This document shows, piece after piece, positions 1 to 14,309 of a DNA stretch of 64,000 nucleotides (the first letter of the stretch is position 1; each line of letters begins with the position of its first letter). Source of the stretch: the human T2T-CHM13v2.0 reference genome, Homo sapiens; the NCBI RefSeq assembly GCF_009914755.1, contig NC_060927.1, one strand, 5' to 3'. The notes under the pieces are model-generated. The model was given only the letters and a program-made list of their open reading frames with translations, did no database searches and had not been told where the DNA came from. A program made the position numbers and the translations under genes.

Positions 1-108
1 ACTTGAAGTGAGATTGGTGGGGCTGAAGAATGAGGTACTTAATTTTAATCAATTTAAACTTGAACAGCAACATGCGGCTAATGGCCGCCATCTGGAACAG
101 CACAGCTA
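1..108. mobile_element. MER3/MER33-like hAT-Charlie remnant (partial)
   Basis: aatttaaact...catgcggctaatggccgccatctggaacagcacag resembles the MER3/MER33 terminus. Confidence 0.5.
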
Positions 109-588
109 TAAATAGTTTCCTGGAATAAAAGTAAGAGGAAGAAATGAGGAACTTCGAACTTTAAGGCAATAACTACCAGAGAGTAGATGGGACTTCGAAA
201 AATCTCAAAAAGTGGATTTGGAAGATGAACGTGGATTAAATCTCTCCTATGACTAAAGAACACTTAGGCTGAAGGCAAGTAGAACTTGAGGGATGTTCAA
301 CACTGTGTCCATTTCATTAAGAACTTTGAAGCATGGAGTTGTCAAACCAACCTAACTCCTTAATACAATGGCATCTTTAATTAACTGTTCAAGATGATGC
401 CACTTTGCTTGTTTAAGATGAAATTCACCATTTGTCCACTGAAAGCGATAGTCTGCCCTGTTGCCTTTGCATCTAGTCTCTTCAGTAGATAATTACTTCA
501 GCCCTTGTTGGGAGTTGTTCCACTGATCTGAGGCCCGCAGTCCTCTATCGAACACTTCTCTGAGCCAAAGCCAAAGTGGCTGCAAATC

Positions 589-913
<325 letters not shown>

Positions 914-1089
914 TAATTTACTTTGCTTCAAAAAAGCACATCTAAATTATTAATCACTTTGAAAATATGTTATATTATCAAAACTAGCCAATTTTAGAAC
1001 AGAAATTTCTTTAAAATAGGTTTATGGTGAATTCTACCTAGAGGTTGTTCATTTTGATGCATGTTTATCTTTTGCCTAAACTGTGTCCA

Positions 1090-1335
1090 CTAGGCTAACT
1101 TCTACTCATTCTTCAAGATTTAACTTGAGCCTCAATTTCTTTGTAATGTCTTCTCTTACCCCACTTCCCAGGTCTCAGGCTTTCCCTGAATCATTGTAAG
1201 ATAATGGAGACGCAGCAATGACTGTTCTTGTTATCCTCCCCAACCGGACTAAATGAAGACGGGGCCTCTGTCCTATTTATTTTCCTGAGCATCTAATGGT
1301 GCCTGGACACACACTGTCATTATTTGAAAAATGAG
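1090..1335 (+). mobile_element. L2 3' end fragment
   Basis: ggggcctctgtcctattt...ggtgcctggacacac...tatttgaaaaatga resembles the L2 3' terminus. Confidence 0.5.
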
Positions 1336-2052
1336 TACATGTTCACTCTAAAGTTACAAGAACATCGGTTGAGAATAATTCCATGAGAACATGGTAGAAA
1401 AATTCCAAGGGTCAGGTAATAAGGAGAGTTCTATTAGTCTACATAAGGAAAGTGACTTGGGAGATAGACCATGCAGGTTCCTATAAATCTTATTCAAGAA
1501 TTTTTATTTTAAAAATGTAATTGATCATTGGCATTCAAGACAGAAATGTTCAGATGCTTTAGAGAATCCTCTGATCACAGGCACTTTTGTAGTATGAAAT
1601 TCTTCCCCATAAAGCAAGTGGGTGTAGATGCAGAGAGAACCCTAGGGTTGTAGTGTTTTGAGTGCTGGGTAAAAGCTCAGCTCATGCCCTAACTGATCAT
1701 GCCCAAAGCTCTCAGTGCCCAAGATTCAATGTTGCATGGTGGCAAAATGACAAGCCCCATCTCGTGTTGCAGACCTGTCAGGGTTACTGGCAAATTATAG
1801 AAACACCAGGCATTCTGTTTACTAACATCAGTGGTTTCCATAAGATGCAATTATTTCCTCAAAAAGCATACCGTGAAATGGTCTTCCCTCTTTATTATGG
1901 AAATAGCCTTTAACTTCGTGGTCATGGCATGAGAATACTCCAGATGATTTGAGGCATTCTAAATTTTTGCCCCATTTTTTAAAAGAGTGGTTGGTAGAAA
2001 TGCATGGGGAGATGTTGCAATTAGGAAGAAGAAAATTTGAAGACATGTCCCC

Positions 2053-2226
2053 TTTATTTTTTATTTACTTATTTAATTTTAGAGACAAAGTCTCATACTG
2101 ACACCCAGGCTACAGTGCAGTGGCACAATCATAGCTCACTATAACCTTAAATTCCTGGGGTCAAATGATCCTCCCTTGTTGGCCTCACAAAGTGTTGGAA
2201 CTTTAGACATGAGCCACCATGCTCAC
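2053..2226 (-). mobile_element. Alu monomer (FRAM/AluJ right-arm-like)
   Basis: Single antisense arm including the right-arm-specific segment, with a T-rich tail. Confidence 0.8.
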
Positions 2227-4619
2227 TTTAAACAGCATCCAAACTCCTGAAAGATGTGTATTAGAAGGTGGCTTGATCATATGTTTCCTTACAAAAGAAT
2301 GAATCACGTCAAGCCAGCCATTGAGTCAAAGGAACAAATGATGTTTTTGTTGTTGTCATTCAGGACGGATCGCAATTCTGAGATGCCAGGCACAACCCTC
2401 TATTAAAAAATCCATCAGACACGAAGAATTCCTAAATTTCCAGAAGAAATCAATAGAAAAATAAAATTTGGTTTACAGAAATTCTCTCCAACATGGCTTT
2501 GCAGGAGCCTATCGCCTGTTAGGTAAAGAGGAGGCACACCTGTTTGAAACATGACATGGAGTCATTTTACACAAACACACCTACCTGCGGACATGCTCAT
2601 GGCAGACCACTGGCCGTAGTGACAGGTTGGTCAACCTGAACAATGGTGTTGCCCTGTCACTGAGTCATGTGAACTTGATGCAAGAATGACAGCAACAGCT
2701 AGTGCAATATTAGCAGTGAAATGCAAAGACACAGACTGGCAGGCTGTGTTTCTGAGCAGCCTCTCCCACAGGAGCCTCTTCGGCATTCTTTAGTCACAGG
2801 CGGCAGTCACAGAATCTGATCTGACAATTCTGACATTGATCTCAGCAGACTCAGTAAGCTGTGTTTGCCCACAACAGGAACGGCAGTGTCCAGGTACTGA
2901 GTATTCCCTTGAGCAAAGTTCTATAATTTCTATAATTTCTCTCTGGCATATCCAAGAGAATTGAGACACCAGATAAGAATCCAGGAGAAAGAAAATCTTC
3001 CTGGGTTATGAGTTCAACAATTATCTACTTCTTCTTCATTTATTTCCACACTTCCTTTAATAGGCCCACAGTGTTTGAGGGGAGGGTAAGGTCAAGTTCC
3101 AGAATCATAAATTAATCTTTGCAAAGATTAATCTGTCTTTGAAATGTCCTGGGAATGCATCCAATGATGAAAGTAGAAGCTCCATAACATATAAGGACTG
3201 CATCATTATAAAACAGAATACCCACTATTCAATTTTACTCAGTAATTTAGTTTGCAATGCATTTTGACATCAATTAATTTACTTGATACTCAAAATAACT
3301 CTCTAAGGAAGACATCAGTATCCCCTTTTATGAAAGAGGAAGCTAAATCATTGACTGTAAAAGATTGCTCTAGATCCAGTTTGATGATAATAAAAGTGGG
3401 ATGCCCACTAAGGTCTCCACATTCCTACTGTCAGTCACACCCACTCACCCTAATGCAACAAAGCCTTCCTGTAAGATCACCTCTTTTCTTTCTAAATGAA
3501 AAATGGATCTAGTGTTTGGATTTGTCCATATTTTTTCTGAAATTGGCATGCTGTTGCCATGAGTTTGGGCTGTTGCCATAATCCAAATGGAAGGCCATTT
3601 CAGGGTATGCTCTTAGAAGAAACATTTGCATTGCCCTGAAGCGTTTGAAAGATGGTCATAATATCAACAGGGATCACAGCACAAGGAAGACAATGTGGAA
3701 ACGAAGACACCACTATTGTGTGCTCCCTGCATTAGTTGTATCTAAAGGCTCAGTCAAGGATTGGAAGTCAAGAGAAATCAAGGGGAAGAGAGAGCTAACG
3801 ATTTGGCAGAATCTCCCAAACGCTTTTGGTCTGAGCTTCTCAGCTTTGCCAGCTGTTGAATATGTGTCCAAAATGTGCTTGTCTTCCCAGGTTTTCCTCT
3901 AATTTGGGATGTCCAACATCCTCTCATAGACCTGTTATTATTTTCCATTTCCTAATTTGCTTGACCCCCTCTTGACAGCCAAACTTAAAACCTTCCACCT
4001 CTGTCTCCCTCACCTCCAACATCCAGACAACTCGAAGACAATCCTACATGGTGTGTATTAAATGTGTCACATCTCCCCATTTCTCCACTATCATTCAATA
4101 TGTCCAGCACCAATTTTGCTTCTTTAGAAACTCCAGCACCTCTCTAGAGTTTAATACATTTCTGTCACTCCCCTCTCTCTCTGTGAGTTATCTGTGGACA
4201 CAGTGTGGCCAGACCCATCTTGCCCATGCGCAGCCGCAAGCACACTTCTCCCTTACCCAAAAACATTTACTGGCTCCCATTTACCTGATGATCTAAGTGT
4301 AATTCCCCAAGCTGCCCTTCTATCTCTCCCATTAATATATTGCAAGTATTTCCTTTCACAACTGCCCTGAAAGTGCAAGGCTTACAGAGTTATTGACCCT
4401 GCAGTGAACACTCTCTAGTTTGTTTTCTTTCTTCCCATAGATCTGCTCTATATTAAGTGTTATTCACTCTTCAAGGCCCATTTTAATATTATCACCTTTT
4501 TTAAGTCTTTACAACTTTCCCTAAAATTTCTCCTTCCTTTAAACTCCTACTACCTTTTTAAATTAGTGATGCTACATATGCGGCATCACTAATGAAAAAT
4601 ACATGTAATATATGTATGC

Positions 4620-4945
4620 AGTATACATATATTTTTATATATGTCATAAAGCAGTGAAATGTACAAGTCTTAAATGTGTTTGGGATACATTTTGACAAAT
4701 GTGTACACTTATGTAACTGTCGCCCACAACAAGATATAGATTTCCATCACTCAGAAAGTTTTTTATGTCCCTTTCTAGTCAGGACCCATCTTCAGATAAC
4801 CATTATTCCGATTTGATCATCATAGATTAGTTCTGTTTGTGCTTGAACATCATATGAATGAAATCATTCAGTATATACTCTTTTGTGTCTGTATAATTAT
4901 ACTCAATTTATTTTTTGAGATTCAATCCTGTCATAGTATATATAC
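4620..4945 (-). mobile_element. Old L1M (L1MB/L1ME-like) 3' UTR fragment
   Basis: ttttgacaaatgtgtacac...ttccatcactcagaaagt...aatgaaatcattcagtatatactcttttgtgtctg. Confidence 0.65.
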
Positions 4946-6407
4946 AGCCCTGTATTCCTGAAATGCTTTGTTTCCACATTTTATAAGACATCCTTGCCTA
5001 ACAAATGACCTCTTTTGGGCAAGGTTCCACACTAATTTATCTTCCTATCCGCCACAATGCCCTACACAGGGTTTTACATATAGTTGATGACCAACGCATG
5101 TTGGGCAAATGATCAATTTCATTCTTAGCTCACTAGATGACTTCAGCTAGAAAGATCACATGGAAGCAAGATAGCATGATCTGTGTAAAACTACATGCCA
5201 CTGGGACAGGTGTTCTATAGCAATGAGGGTTTATTAAGCATGATGTGAAGAGAAAGACAGTGCAATATCTATGGCACTTTATATTCTGTGAGAATTAATA
5301 GCAAAGGCTCAGTGCCTTGTGTGATGAAATTCTGCATTTTGACATGCCCACATGCCTGGAATTGGCTACCATGCTCTGAATTCTGTGGATTTTATAAGCA
5401 CAAATTTTAAACTAAAATGTCAAAAATTCTACTTGTTCTCCAATAATAATGGAATGTGATCCATGTTGAAAATTTAAAATCTGAATGATGCCAGTCAAGC
5501 ATATAGAAGGAAAATATATTCCATTTTCTCTTTGAGTTTGTGTGTAAAGAGAATCTAAGGAAAGTCTGAGAAATACTATTTATAGCAATAGCTATAGCCT
5601 AGTACTTTACTTTAAGCTTGTAAAGTCTTAGAACTGAGTGGCAATCTAATGGGACTTGGAAAACTATAAAAATTATGAAAATGATGTGAAGCTTTCTGGA
5701 GTGATATCATCTGCATTTTTGGGTAAAGGACAAATTGCTTTGTCTCCTAACTGAAGTCAAGATGATATAATGCAATGTCAAGACCTCTGACTTTCAACTA
5801 AGCCATGACAATGACTAACCACTAGATATGTCTGCCTCTGACAGCTATTTTTTCCATTCACAAACCACTCAGTAGAGGTGTCATAATTATAGAGCAACTG
5901 TTAAAGAGTAAAGTTTTAGAGCCCCAGAAGTTTCCACTTTATCTCTCTGGTGATTACTGTTAAGATGGTTGTTGACTCAATCTAAACTGAATAAATTAAT
6001 CATTAACCAATTTAGTTAGTGAAAGGAAAAATTTCCTAGTGATTGTTTGCAAATGAAGCAGTAAACTCAATTTCTTCCTACTTCTTCCAAAAACTCTGAC
6101 TCCAGAAATCTCTAGAACTTTTTACTTCTGGAATGTTACTTTCTGACCCTCTGCCATTGTAGTAATAAGTCATCTGAAATTTAATTTTGAGACCAATTAT
6201 CTGCTGGAACTAAAAGGAAAAGATAAAATAGGAATTACAGACAGAAAGAAGAACTGACAATATATTATTCAAATGTGTCCTGGGTTTAATCCAAATCCAT
6301 ATTATATGACAAACTAAGAAACAGGTGAAGAATAAAACCATGGAATATTTAGAAGCACTTGTGGTTGAATATTATCTAATCTTGCTATAGAGAAAGACTT
6401 TCTAGGG

Positions 6408-6597
6408 CAGTGGTTTTTAACCCTGGTGGCACAATACCATCACTTTGGGAACATGTGAAAATCTTTATACCCATGTAGGACACCAAATTAATCAAATTGG
6501 GATGTCCAGGGGAGGGGAGAATGGGGAGAATCCAAGCATCAATGGTTTTCAAAGCTCCCAGATGATTCTAATGTACAGCCAAGGCTAATAATTATTG
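6408..6597. mobile_element. MER5B-like DNA transposon
   Basis: cagtggtttttaaccctgg ... aagctcccagatgattctaatgtacagccaagg. Confidence 0.7.
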
Positions 6598-7029
6598 ATC
6601 TTAAAAGAAGAGATAATAAGGAAAATAATACGCAATGATGTGACTACATAACAACATGAAATTCTGGTAAACATTACAAACAAAACAAAAACAGGGACAA
6701 TACTGCAAATACATATAAAAGACAAGGACTTAATGTCTAATACATAAGAAATCCTTGTAAATTCTTAAGATCACATTTTCTACATTGTCGTTTTGTTTTG
6801 TTTTGGTATTTTCTATGAGCTCACACTCTCCTACCATGTTTACTTTGAAATCAAGATGGGGAAAACCGTCATTAAAAAAAAATCAACATATTCCAGACCA
6901 TTCAGTGAGTAAATACATCGTACCACCTGTTTCCTACTGCATAGCTTTTCTGCATCTAATAGTCCTTCTAAAATAAGGCTATATACCAAAACAACCACAT
7001 CTAGTGAACTGTTAACAAGGAACTTAACC

Positions 7030-7175
7030 AAGGGCTTGCTTTTCTGACTTTAGTGTACATAGAAATTACCTGAGAGTCTTCGTAAATGTACATTTTTGCC
7101 TAGGAATATACATTCCTAGCAAACTTCCCGGAGCTACCAACATACCTTGTCCTGGGACTACATTTTGAGTACCAA
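7030..7175. mobile_element. MER5A-like fragment
   Basis: tagaaattacctgagagtctt ... cctgggactacattttgagta. Confidence 0.5.
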
Positions 7176-8895
7176 ATACTTAGTCAAATTTCAAAACTTT
7201 AGAGAGGGGTAGAGTTTGTATTTGCCTTTTATTTTCCTAAGAATCTCAAAAAAAAAGTGGTAGAGGGAGAGGTAAGACATAATTTAGACATGCATATCGT
7301 GCACTCTCATAGACGAAATATTTCAACTATTCTCAATCTCATACAAACAAATGAAATATTGATGGTTAAAACCTGGTGTTTTGAGTGGGTTCCTGCTTTC
7401 ATCATGCCTTGCCTAGAAAATGAAATACTTACATTGCTTTTGTAAAAGACATTTGGTCAAGTAAGTCTAAATACAGTGGCCACCAGGAAAGAAATAAGGT
7501 CACGGGACTGTATTAACCACGTGAGTTCCATGCACGCTTTAAATAAGGCTGTGCTTACCAAGGTAAGTGAAGTATCAAAGTACTTTTGGGGTAATCCAGG
7601 CTCAGTCTCACTTGAATTTATTCGTTGGAGAACTCAAACAATCACGTCTTAACTGGCATGTTGATCCTCACAGCCAAACATAATGCAAATTACAAGGTAG
7701 ACATTCAGTAAATATTTGATGAATAAATCAGAAAAATCTGTTTCTCATGTATGAGAACATGAAAACAAATGAGCACATGGTATGCACTCATTTTATAGAT
7801 CATGAATGGATCTATGGTCCCTAACAATTGTTATCTACAAGCAGAGAACACAGAACTCTGTAAGTGCCCAAATACTTGATGATTCAACACTGAGAGACAG
7901 GCTAGTTTAGTAAGAGAATCAAGGAGATTCCCAAGTCTCCTGAGTCCTTAAGACGGGGCTTTTTGCAGTTTGTCACAGACTGCAAGGATTTTAATCACAT
8001 CACGTGCTGGGTGATTGTTCAACATGCAGATCCCTATACGCCATACTTGGGATTTCAGCATCCAATTCAAGTCATTCTCTTTGAGAGCCACTGTCAGAGA
8101 CAGAAGCCTGGTACCAGAGCTCTGGCTTCAATTTCTCCTTCTGCCATTTATTGGCTGCATGATCTTAAGCATATTTCTTACGCTTTCTGAGAACTGGTTG
8201 CAGTTCCACAAGGGCTACGCAGGGAGCCCAATGAAAAACAAACAAAAAAAAAACAAAACAGGGCACTAATGGGTGATAGGGCACAGTGGGACTCTGGAAA
8301 ACTGAAGTACTCATGCCCTACTTTAAAAGAGTCATTCCTCTAAAATAAAGGTGGCCAGGCCTTGAGAATTTTAAAGAGAAGTTGGAAATCCAGAGTTTTA
8401 CATAAAAAGTTGAGACTTTAAAATGCTAGTCATTTATCCACAATTTTTAAAACACTGTACATATTGTTGTATAGGTCAGAAGCTTTCCACTGGCCAACAG
8501 GTTAGGGACTCTATCTTAAATCCTTGCTTTTTGTTTCTTTTAAATGTCAAATGAGGCTAAAAACACCTACCATACAGGATTGTGTGGCAGGGGTCAGAGA
8601 CAATGTCAGAGAAAAGCACTTTATAAATCATCAAGCATCCAAATAAGAGGTTATTAATATCACTATCATCATCACAATTATTGTCCCACAGTGCCTAAGT
8701 GTTTTACATGTGGAGAAGGAGAGAAAGGAGGATATTTCTTTCTAAAATCCATTTACCCATTCACAGTAGAAGCAGCATGTTCTTTCCCTTAACATGTCTT
8801 TTGTATGTGAGATATGAATAATGGTTATCTAAGGGGCTGGGCCATTCCATGGTCTTGCTTTTCTACATGTGGTCTTGGAGAGAAGATCATCAGAT

Positions 8896-8920
8896 TGTGT
8901 ATGTATGTGTGTGCACCATG

Positions 8921-8953
<33 letters not shown>

Positions 8954-9043
8954 CCCATATATAAAATATGTATATATTTTTATATATACATATATATTTA
9001 CCTTGTCATTTATCTGCAATTTTTAAAACACTGTGCATGTTGT

Positions 9044-9074
<31 letters not shown>

Positions 9075-9191
9075 CTGTACGTATATATATATATGTCTGT
9101 ACATATATATGTCTGTACATATATATATGTCTGTACGTGTATATATATATGTCTGTACATATATATGTGTGTGTCTGTACATATATATATG
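8896..9191. repeat. Compound (TA)/(CA)/(TG) microsatellite with a (TA)n-GTCTGTAC minisatellite
   Basis: Direct reading: six GTCTGTAC units separated by variable TA runs between ~9066 and 9190. Confidence 0.95.
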
Positions 9192-10189
9192 GCATGATTT
9201 AAAGTGTGTGATTAACAAGATGCCAAAAGAACACAAAAAAGAATGGAGAGGAAGTTGTGGACATGCATAAACATATTTCTACAACCACAGACCTTCTGAT
9301 AATATAATTTGCAGAAATAGTTAGTTTTAACGGCACAGGCCTAATTCCTCAGTTATCTCCTGGTTGCCATTTGATGTATATTATGTTAGAGAGTAACATG
9401 ATTTTTCTTTATTCTGTCAAGTTACTTAAATAATTCAATTCCCTCTCAGATAATTCAAAGATGCAGAAACTGAGGAAAAAATGTTATTCCTCAATCTTTA
9501 TTCCTCACCATGCTGAAGACTGTAACATGGTATCTCAGTTCTCAGTCTTTGAAAGGGTAGTCCTGGGAATGTTAGCTGGGGAAAATAAGAATGTGAACCA
9601 TTATTCTGACAAATTACCATAGAAAATGTTTTAGCCTCAATTATCTGGATTTTTCCATATAGATTTTTAAGGCCAACTTTATCTGGAAAGTTGTCCCCAA
9701 GACTTTGGTAATCTACAGTCTTAGGGGCAATTTTCCAGACTGTCTGGACAGTCTATATAAATTCTGCATTGACTTCACTCTCCATTTCCAGGTCAGGACC
9801 AGAGCATAGAGTCCTCTGCTTGGTCCTAGTGGAGCCTCCCTGCCCATCAGCCTCCTGGCTGGTTCTCCACTGAGACTCACAGACTGCCCTTGAAGCTTCA
9901 TTGACCAGGAACATCTTTCTGCAGATGCCCTTTCAGCTTGTGTGTTGAGCATGCAAACAGGAGATGGAAAAGAACTAGGTTTCACATCCCTACCCAAAAG
10001 CTCTGGCTGTCCTGCCCATTTTCCCCAAAATGAGCCTTGCCTACCACCAGACAGGAGGAATAACTAAGACCTTGCCTCAGAAACCACTAATTACTTCCCT
10101 ATACCTCACATTTTCCTAAACTGAGGTAGATGGATCAAAGAGGTCATGGAAAGCAAACTTCAAAGAAGCTGAATTTTCTACTGTCAGTT

Positions 10190-10506
10190 GGCTGGGCACA
10201 GTGGCTCACGCCTGTAATCCCAGCACTTTGGGAGGCCAAGGCGGGCAGACCACAAGGTCAGGAGATTGAGACCATCCTGGCCAACATGGTGAAACCCCGT
10301 CACTACTAAAAATACAAAAATTAGCTGGGTGTGGTGGTGCGCGCCTGTAATCCCAGCTACTCGGGAGGCTAAGGCATGAGAATCACTTGAACCCAGGAGT
10401 CAGAGGTTGCAGTGAGCCGAGGTTGCCCCACTACACTCTAGCCTGGGTGACAGAGCAAGACTCCATCTTAAAAAAAAAAAAAAAAAAAAAAAAAGAAAAG
10501 AAAAAA
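10190..10506 (+). mobile_element. AluS (Sc-like)
   Basis: Full dimer with gaccatcctggccaacatgg and a long A tail. Confidence 0.95.
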
Positions 10507-11102
10507 GCCTACATTCCCTATCTCCCTAAACCCACCAAACCTAATTGACAAGCTAATCTCTATGAGCCACAGAGTCATAAGACAGAAAATCTTAACTTGG
10601 CTCCTGGAGTGCAGTGTTGGAAGCAGCAGTGTGGTTCTGTGTGCTACTGGGAGAAAGTGTTGAAAATAAGCTCTTGTGGACCTGTTTACGACTGAGCTAT
10701 CAGCCTTTGCATTTAGCCCCCACAGGTGGTCATCTTCCCCAATGTGACCCCAATTTTCCTTTCCATGTCCAAAGTCTCCTGGGAGTACACTGAGACAGAA
10801 CTTATCACACCCAGTCCTTGCATAAATAAGCTATTTTATTTTGTCATTACTTGGGGAGCGTCTGTTTGGTTGTTTTAATCAGAAGGACTTTTTGCTAAGC
10901 CCTCATTAACAAGTTTAAAGATCTATCAGAATATTACATCTCTTCATTTCTCTTTCTCTTGGTTTTGAACTTAAATCTAACGAGCAGCTCACGATCTAAT
11001 GCAAAAGAGAAGTCTTGTGTCCATGCAGGGCCCATGCACCATGGCGGTCACGCCGGTTTTTTCCCTTCTTCTAATGTGTTTGCCTGGGTGGACCACAGTC
11101 AA

Positions 11103-11414
11103 TTATTATTGTTATTATTATTATTATTATTTGAGATGGAGTCTCACTCTGTTGCCCAGGCTGGAGTAAAGTGGTGCAATCTCGGCTCACTGCAGCCTCT
11201 GCCTCCCAGGTTCAAGCAATTATCCTGCCTCAGCCTCCTGAGTAGTTGGGATTACAGGTGCATGCCACCACACTCGGCTAATTTTTTTGTATTTTTAGTA
11301 GAGAGGGGGTTTCACCATGTTGGTCAGGCTGGTCTCGAACTCCTGACCTGATGATCCACCTGCCTCAGCCTCCCAAAGTGCTTGGATTACAGACGTGAGC
11401 CGCCATGCCCCGCT
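11103..11414 (-). mobile_element. AluS with (TTA)n tail
   Basis: Full antisense dimer; perfect TSD GACCACAGTCAATT at 11091 and 11415. Confidence 0.95.
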
Positions 11415-13286
11415 GACCACAGTCAATTTTTAAGCCATCATGGTGCAGTTAGTCCTGTCAGGTCCAATACTGAACTTCTTGATGGTCCTTGTTAGTGCCA
11501 TGCAGTACACATAGGCCCAAAGATATGCTTGTAATTTTTTGTCAACAGCTTTTGCCTGGTTTCTCATGTCCAAAAAAAGACAGCCACAAACCTTCCTGTG
11601 CTTCATGGTGATTTTGGGGGGGAAGGTTATATGTATATGTGTGCATGTATGAGAAGTTGGAGGATGGAGTTAGCATCTTTGATGATAATGAATGGCTCTG
11701 GATTGCAATTCCTCTTCAGGCCAAAAAACCCTTTCCTAGTCTAAAGGAAGTAATTCCACAGCTGGGCTGTTTCATTAATCAGAATAGCATTTCCTCAGGT
11801 AGCCATGTAAAGTCTGTATTCTGGAGGTCATTCTCAGGGGCTGAGGCACGAACAGGGTCTGTGTCACAAGGCTGCATTACCAGGTACACTTGTAGAGGTG
11901 AACTGGGTCAAGGGCCAAAGTTCAATCCATTTGTATCCATTCTGTCCTAATAATGTTCCCTTGGCATTTTATCCTGCTGGGCCGTAGTCCATGCTTGATG
12001 AAATTTGCTAAATAGATAATGGATGATTACGTAGATGGAAGGAAAGAACCCGTGTGGGTATGAGGATGTGGGTGTGGACCCTCAGCCAGTAAAAATTAGC
12101 CTGGAAAACCTCTTTTTCCTCATGCTTCCGAGCCAAAGAATTAGAGCTTAACTCTGGCTTCCTCTTTGGTTAGCTTCACAGTGGCCCCTGCCTTGCTCTT
12201 ACAAAGAATGGGTACAGACACTTCCCTTTTCTTCCCAATCCTGAGAAAGCAGCTTTCTTTTTTGCTGTAGCCCACCTTGCCCACAAATGAAACACATTTA
12301 CCTTGACCAACTAACTCAACTGGGAAAGGAACTGAATTGTTGAAGAAACTACAAGGAGGCTGGTATACTAGGACAGAGCAGGTACAAGGGCACCCAAAGA
12401 GGCTAAGGTCAGATTGTGCAGAAGCAAAGTGGACTATATTGAGGAGGCTGGAATTTAAGGCAAATACAATAGAAAGCCAATGGGGAGTTGGAAGTATGAG
12501 GGCTACATAATTTTATTTAAAGAAAGAAAAAAATCACTCTGAATTATAGAGGGGACAAGAGTAATAATAGAGACCACTAGGAGTCTTCTAGGTGACTAGC
12601 GATGGTGGCAGTGAAGGTTAAGTAGGCAGACTCAAGAGATGTGGATTTGGAATCAACAGTCAACAGACAACAAATGTGCTACAGGCTGGGGTAGGGAGAG
12701 GAATGGAGGATGGAAAGAGTCACTTGAGCAGATGGTCTTGCTTTTTAAAGGAGGGGGTAGACCAAGGGAGAAATGGATTTGAGGTTAGCAGGAAAGAAAA
12801 TAAAAAGTGCCCAAGTCTACTTGAGATGCTATCCACTTCCATTATTAATATTATCTGTATTTTCATTGTTGTTGTTTGTTTTTACATAGCCCTACAAACA
12901 GAGTATTTCCACCAGAGAAGAGTCTTTTGCCTTTGAAGCTCACTCGGCCTAACTGCATTTTACAACAATGCCCCCAGTGCTCAGTAGAGGCCCTAGATGT
13001 AAACCAGGACACAACTTATTTGTGTGGCAGTGACTTCCAGAGCAGTATCTAAAGCTTTCATTCTTCTTTAAGAGTTTTGGGGGCTCCCAAAAAAGATTCT
13101 GAGAAAGAAATGAGTACCCCTTAACTTCTTTCTCTTAATATGGCTATTATTTTAATTAGTGCTATAAATAGTTTTTTTTTTATGTTTTTAAAAGAAAAAA
13201 AAAATTGGCCATGAGGGGGAAGGAAAATAAAAAACATATTGATAATTGAAGCAAGACTTGAAGATCTGGGACACAAGAAGGATCAA

Positions 13287-13662
<376 letters not shown>

Positions 13663-13996
13663 TCAGATGCAGCAAAGCCAAAGATTACATAAAGTGTGCT
13701 GTCTTCCAAGGTGACAGCCACGGTAAGACTACAAAAATAGGTCTTCTAGGACTTGGCGAAAGTCAGACGTTGTGGCGTTCCTTTTGACTAGTGGATTTAG
13801 TCAAGTACGGCTTGCTAATATTCAGGCCATTGTCTCCTACATTTCAGTCAGAGTGGCCTGAGACTTTGGTTAAAGGAGCAAACTGAAGGAAGCACTCATT
13901 GTTTCCCCCCAGGCCCCTTAGCACTGTGTGTCTGCCAGATAGTACCAAGTTCATGCCGCAGGGAAAATGACAGCCTCAGATGAAATTCAGATTTTC

Positions 13997-14309
<313 letters not shown>

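Noticed and set aside
6499-6526. Four G-runs (potential G-quadruplex)
   Set aside because: Isolated, inside a MER5 remnant, no functional context.
7560-7568. Consensus donors AG|GTAAGT here and near 21826 and 27945
   Set aside because: No convincing paired acceptor within exon distance; expected by chance in 64 kb.
9066-9190. CRISPR-like repeat/spacer appearance
   Set aside because: Eukaryotic context, 8-bp repeats and pure TA spacers; it is a minisatellite.
8814-9270. Six overlapping ORFs rich in Y/I/C/V/H/T
   Set aside because: Translations of dinucleotide repeats, which lack stop codons.
10959-11351. 130-aa ORF and similar Alu-overlapping ORFs (644, 13980, 21207, 26361, 30084, 37512, 41980, 46989, 56604)
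   Set aside because: Typical Alu-derived translations; no splice or homology support.
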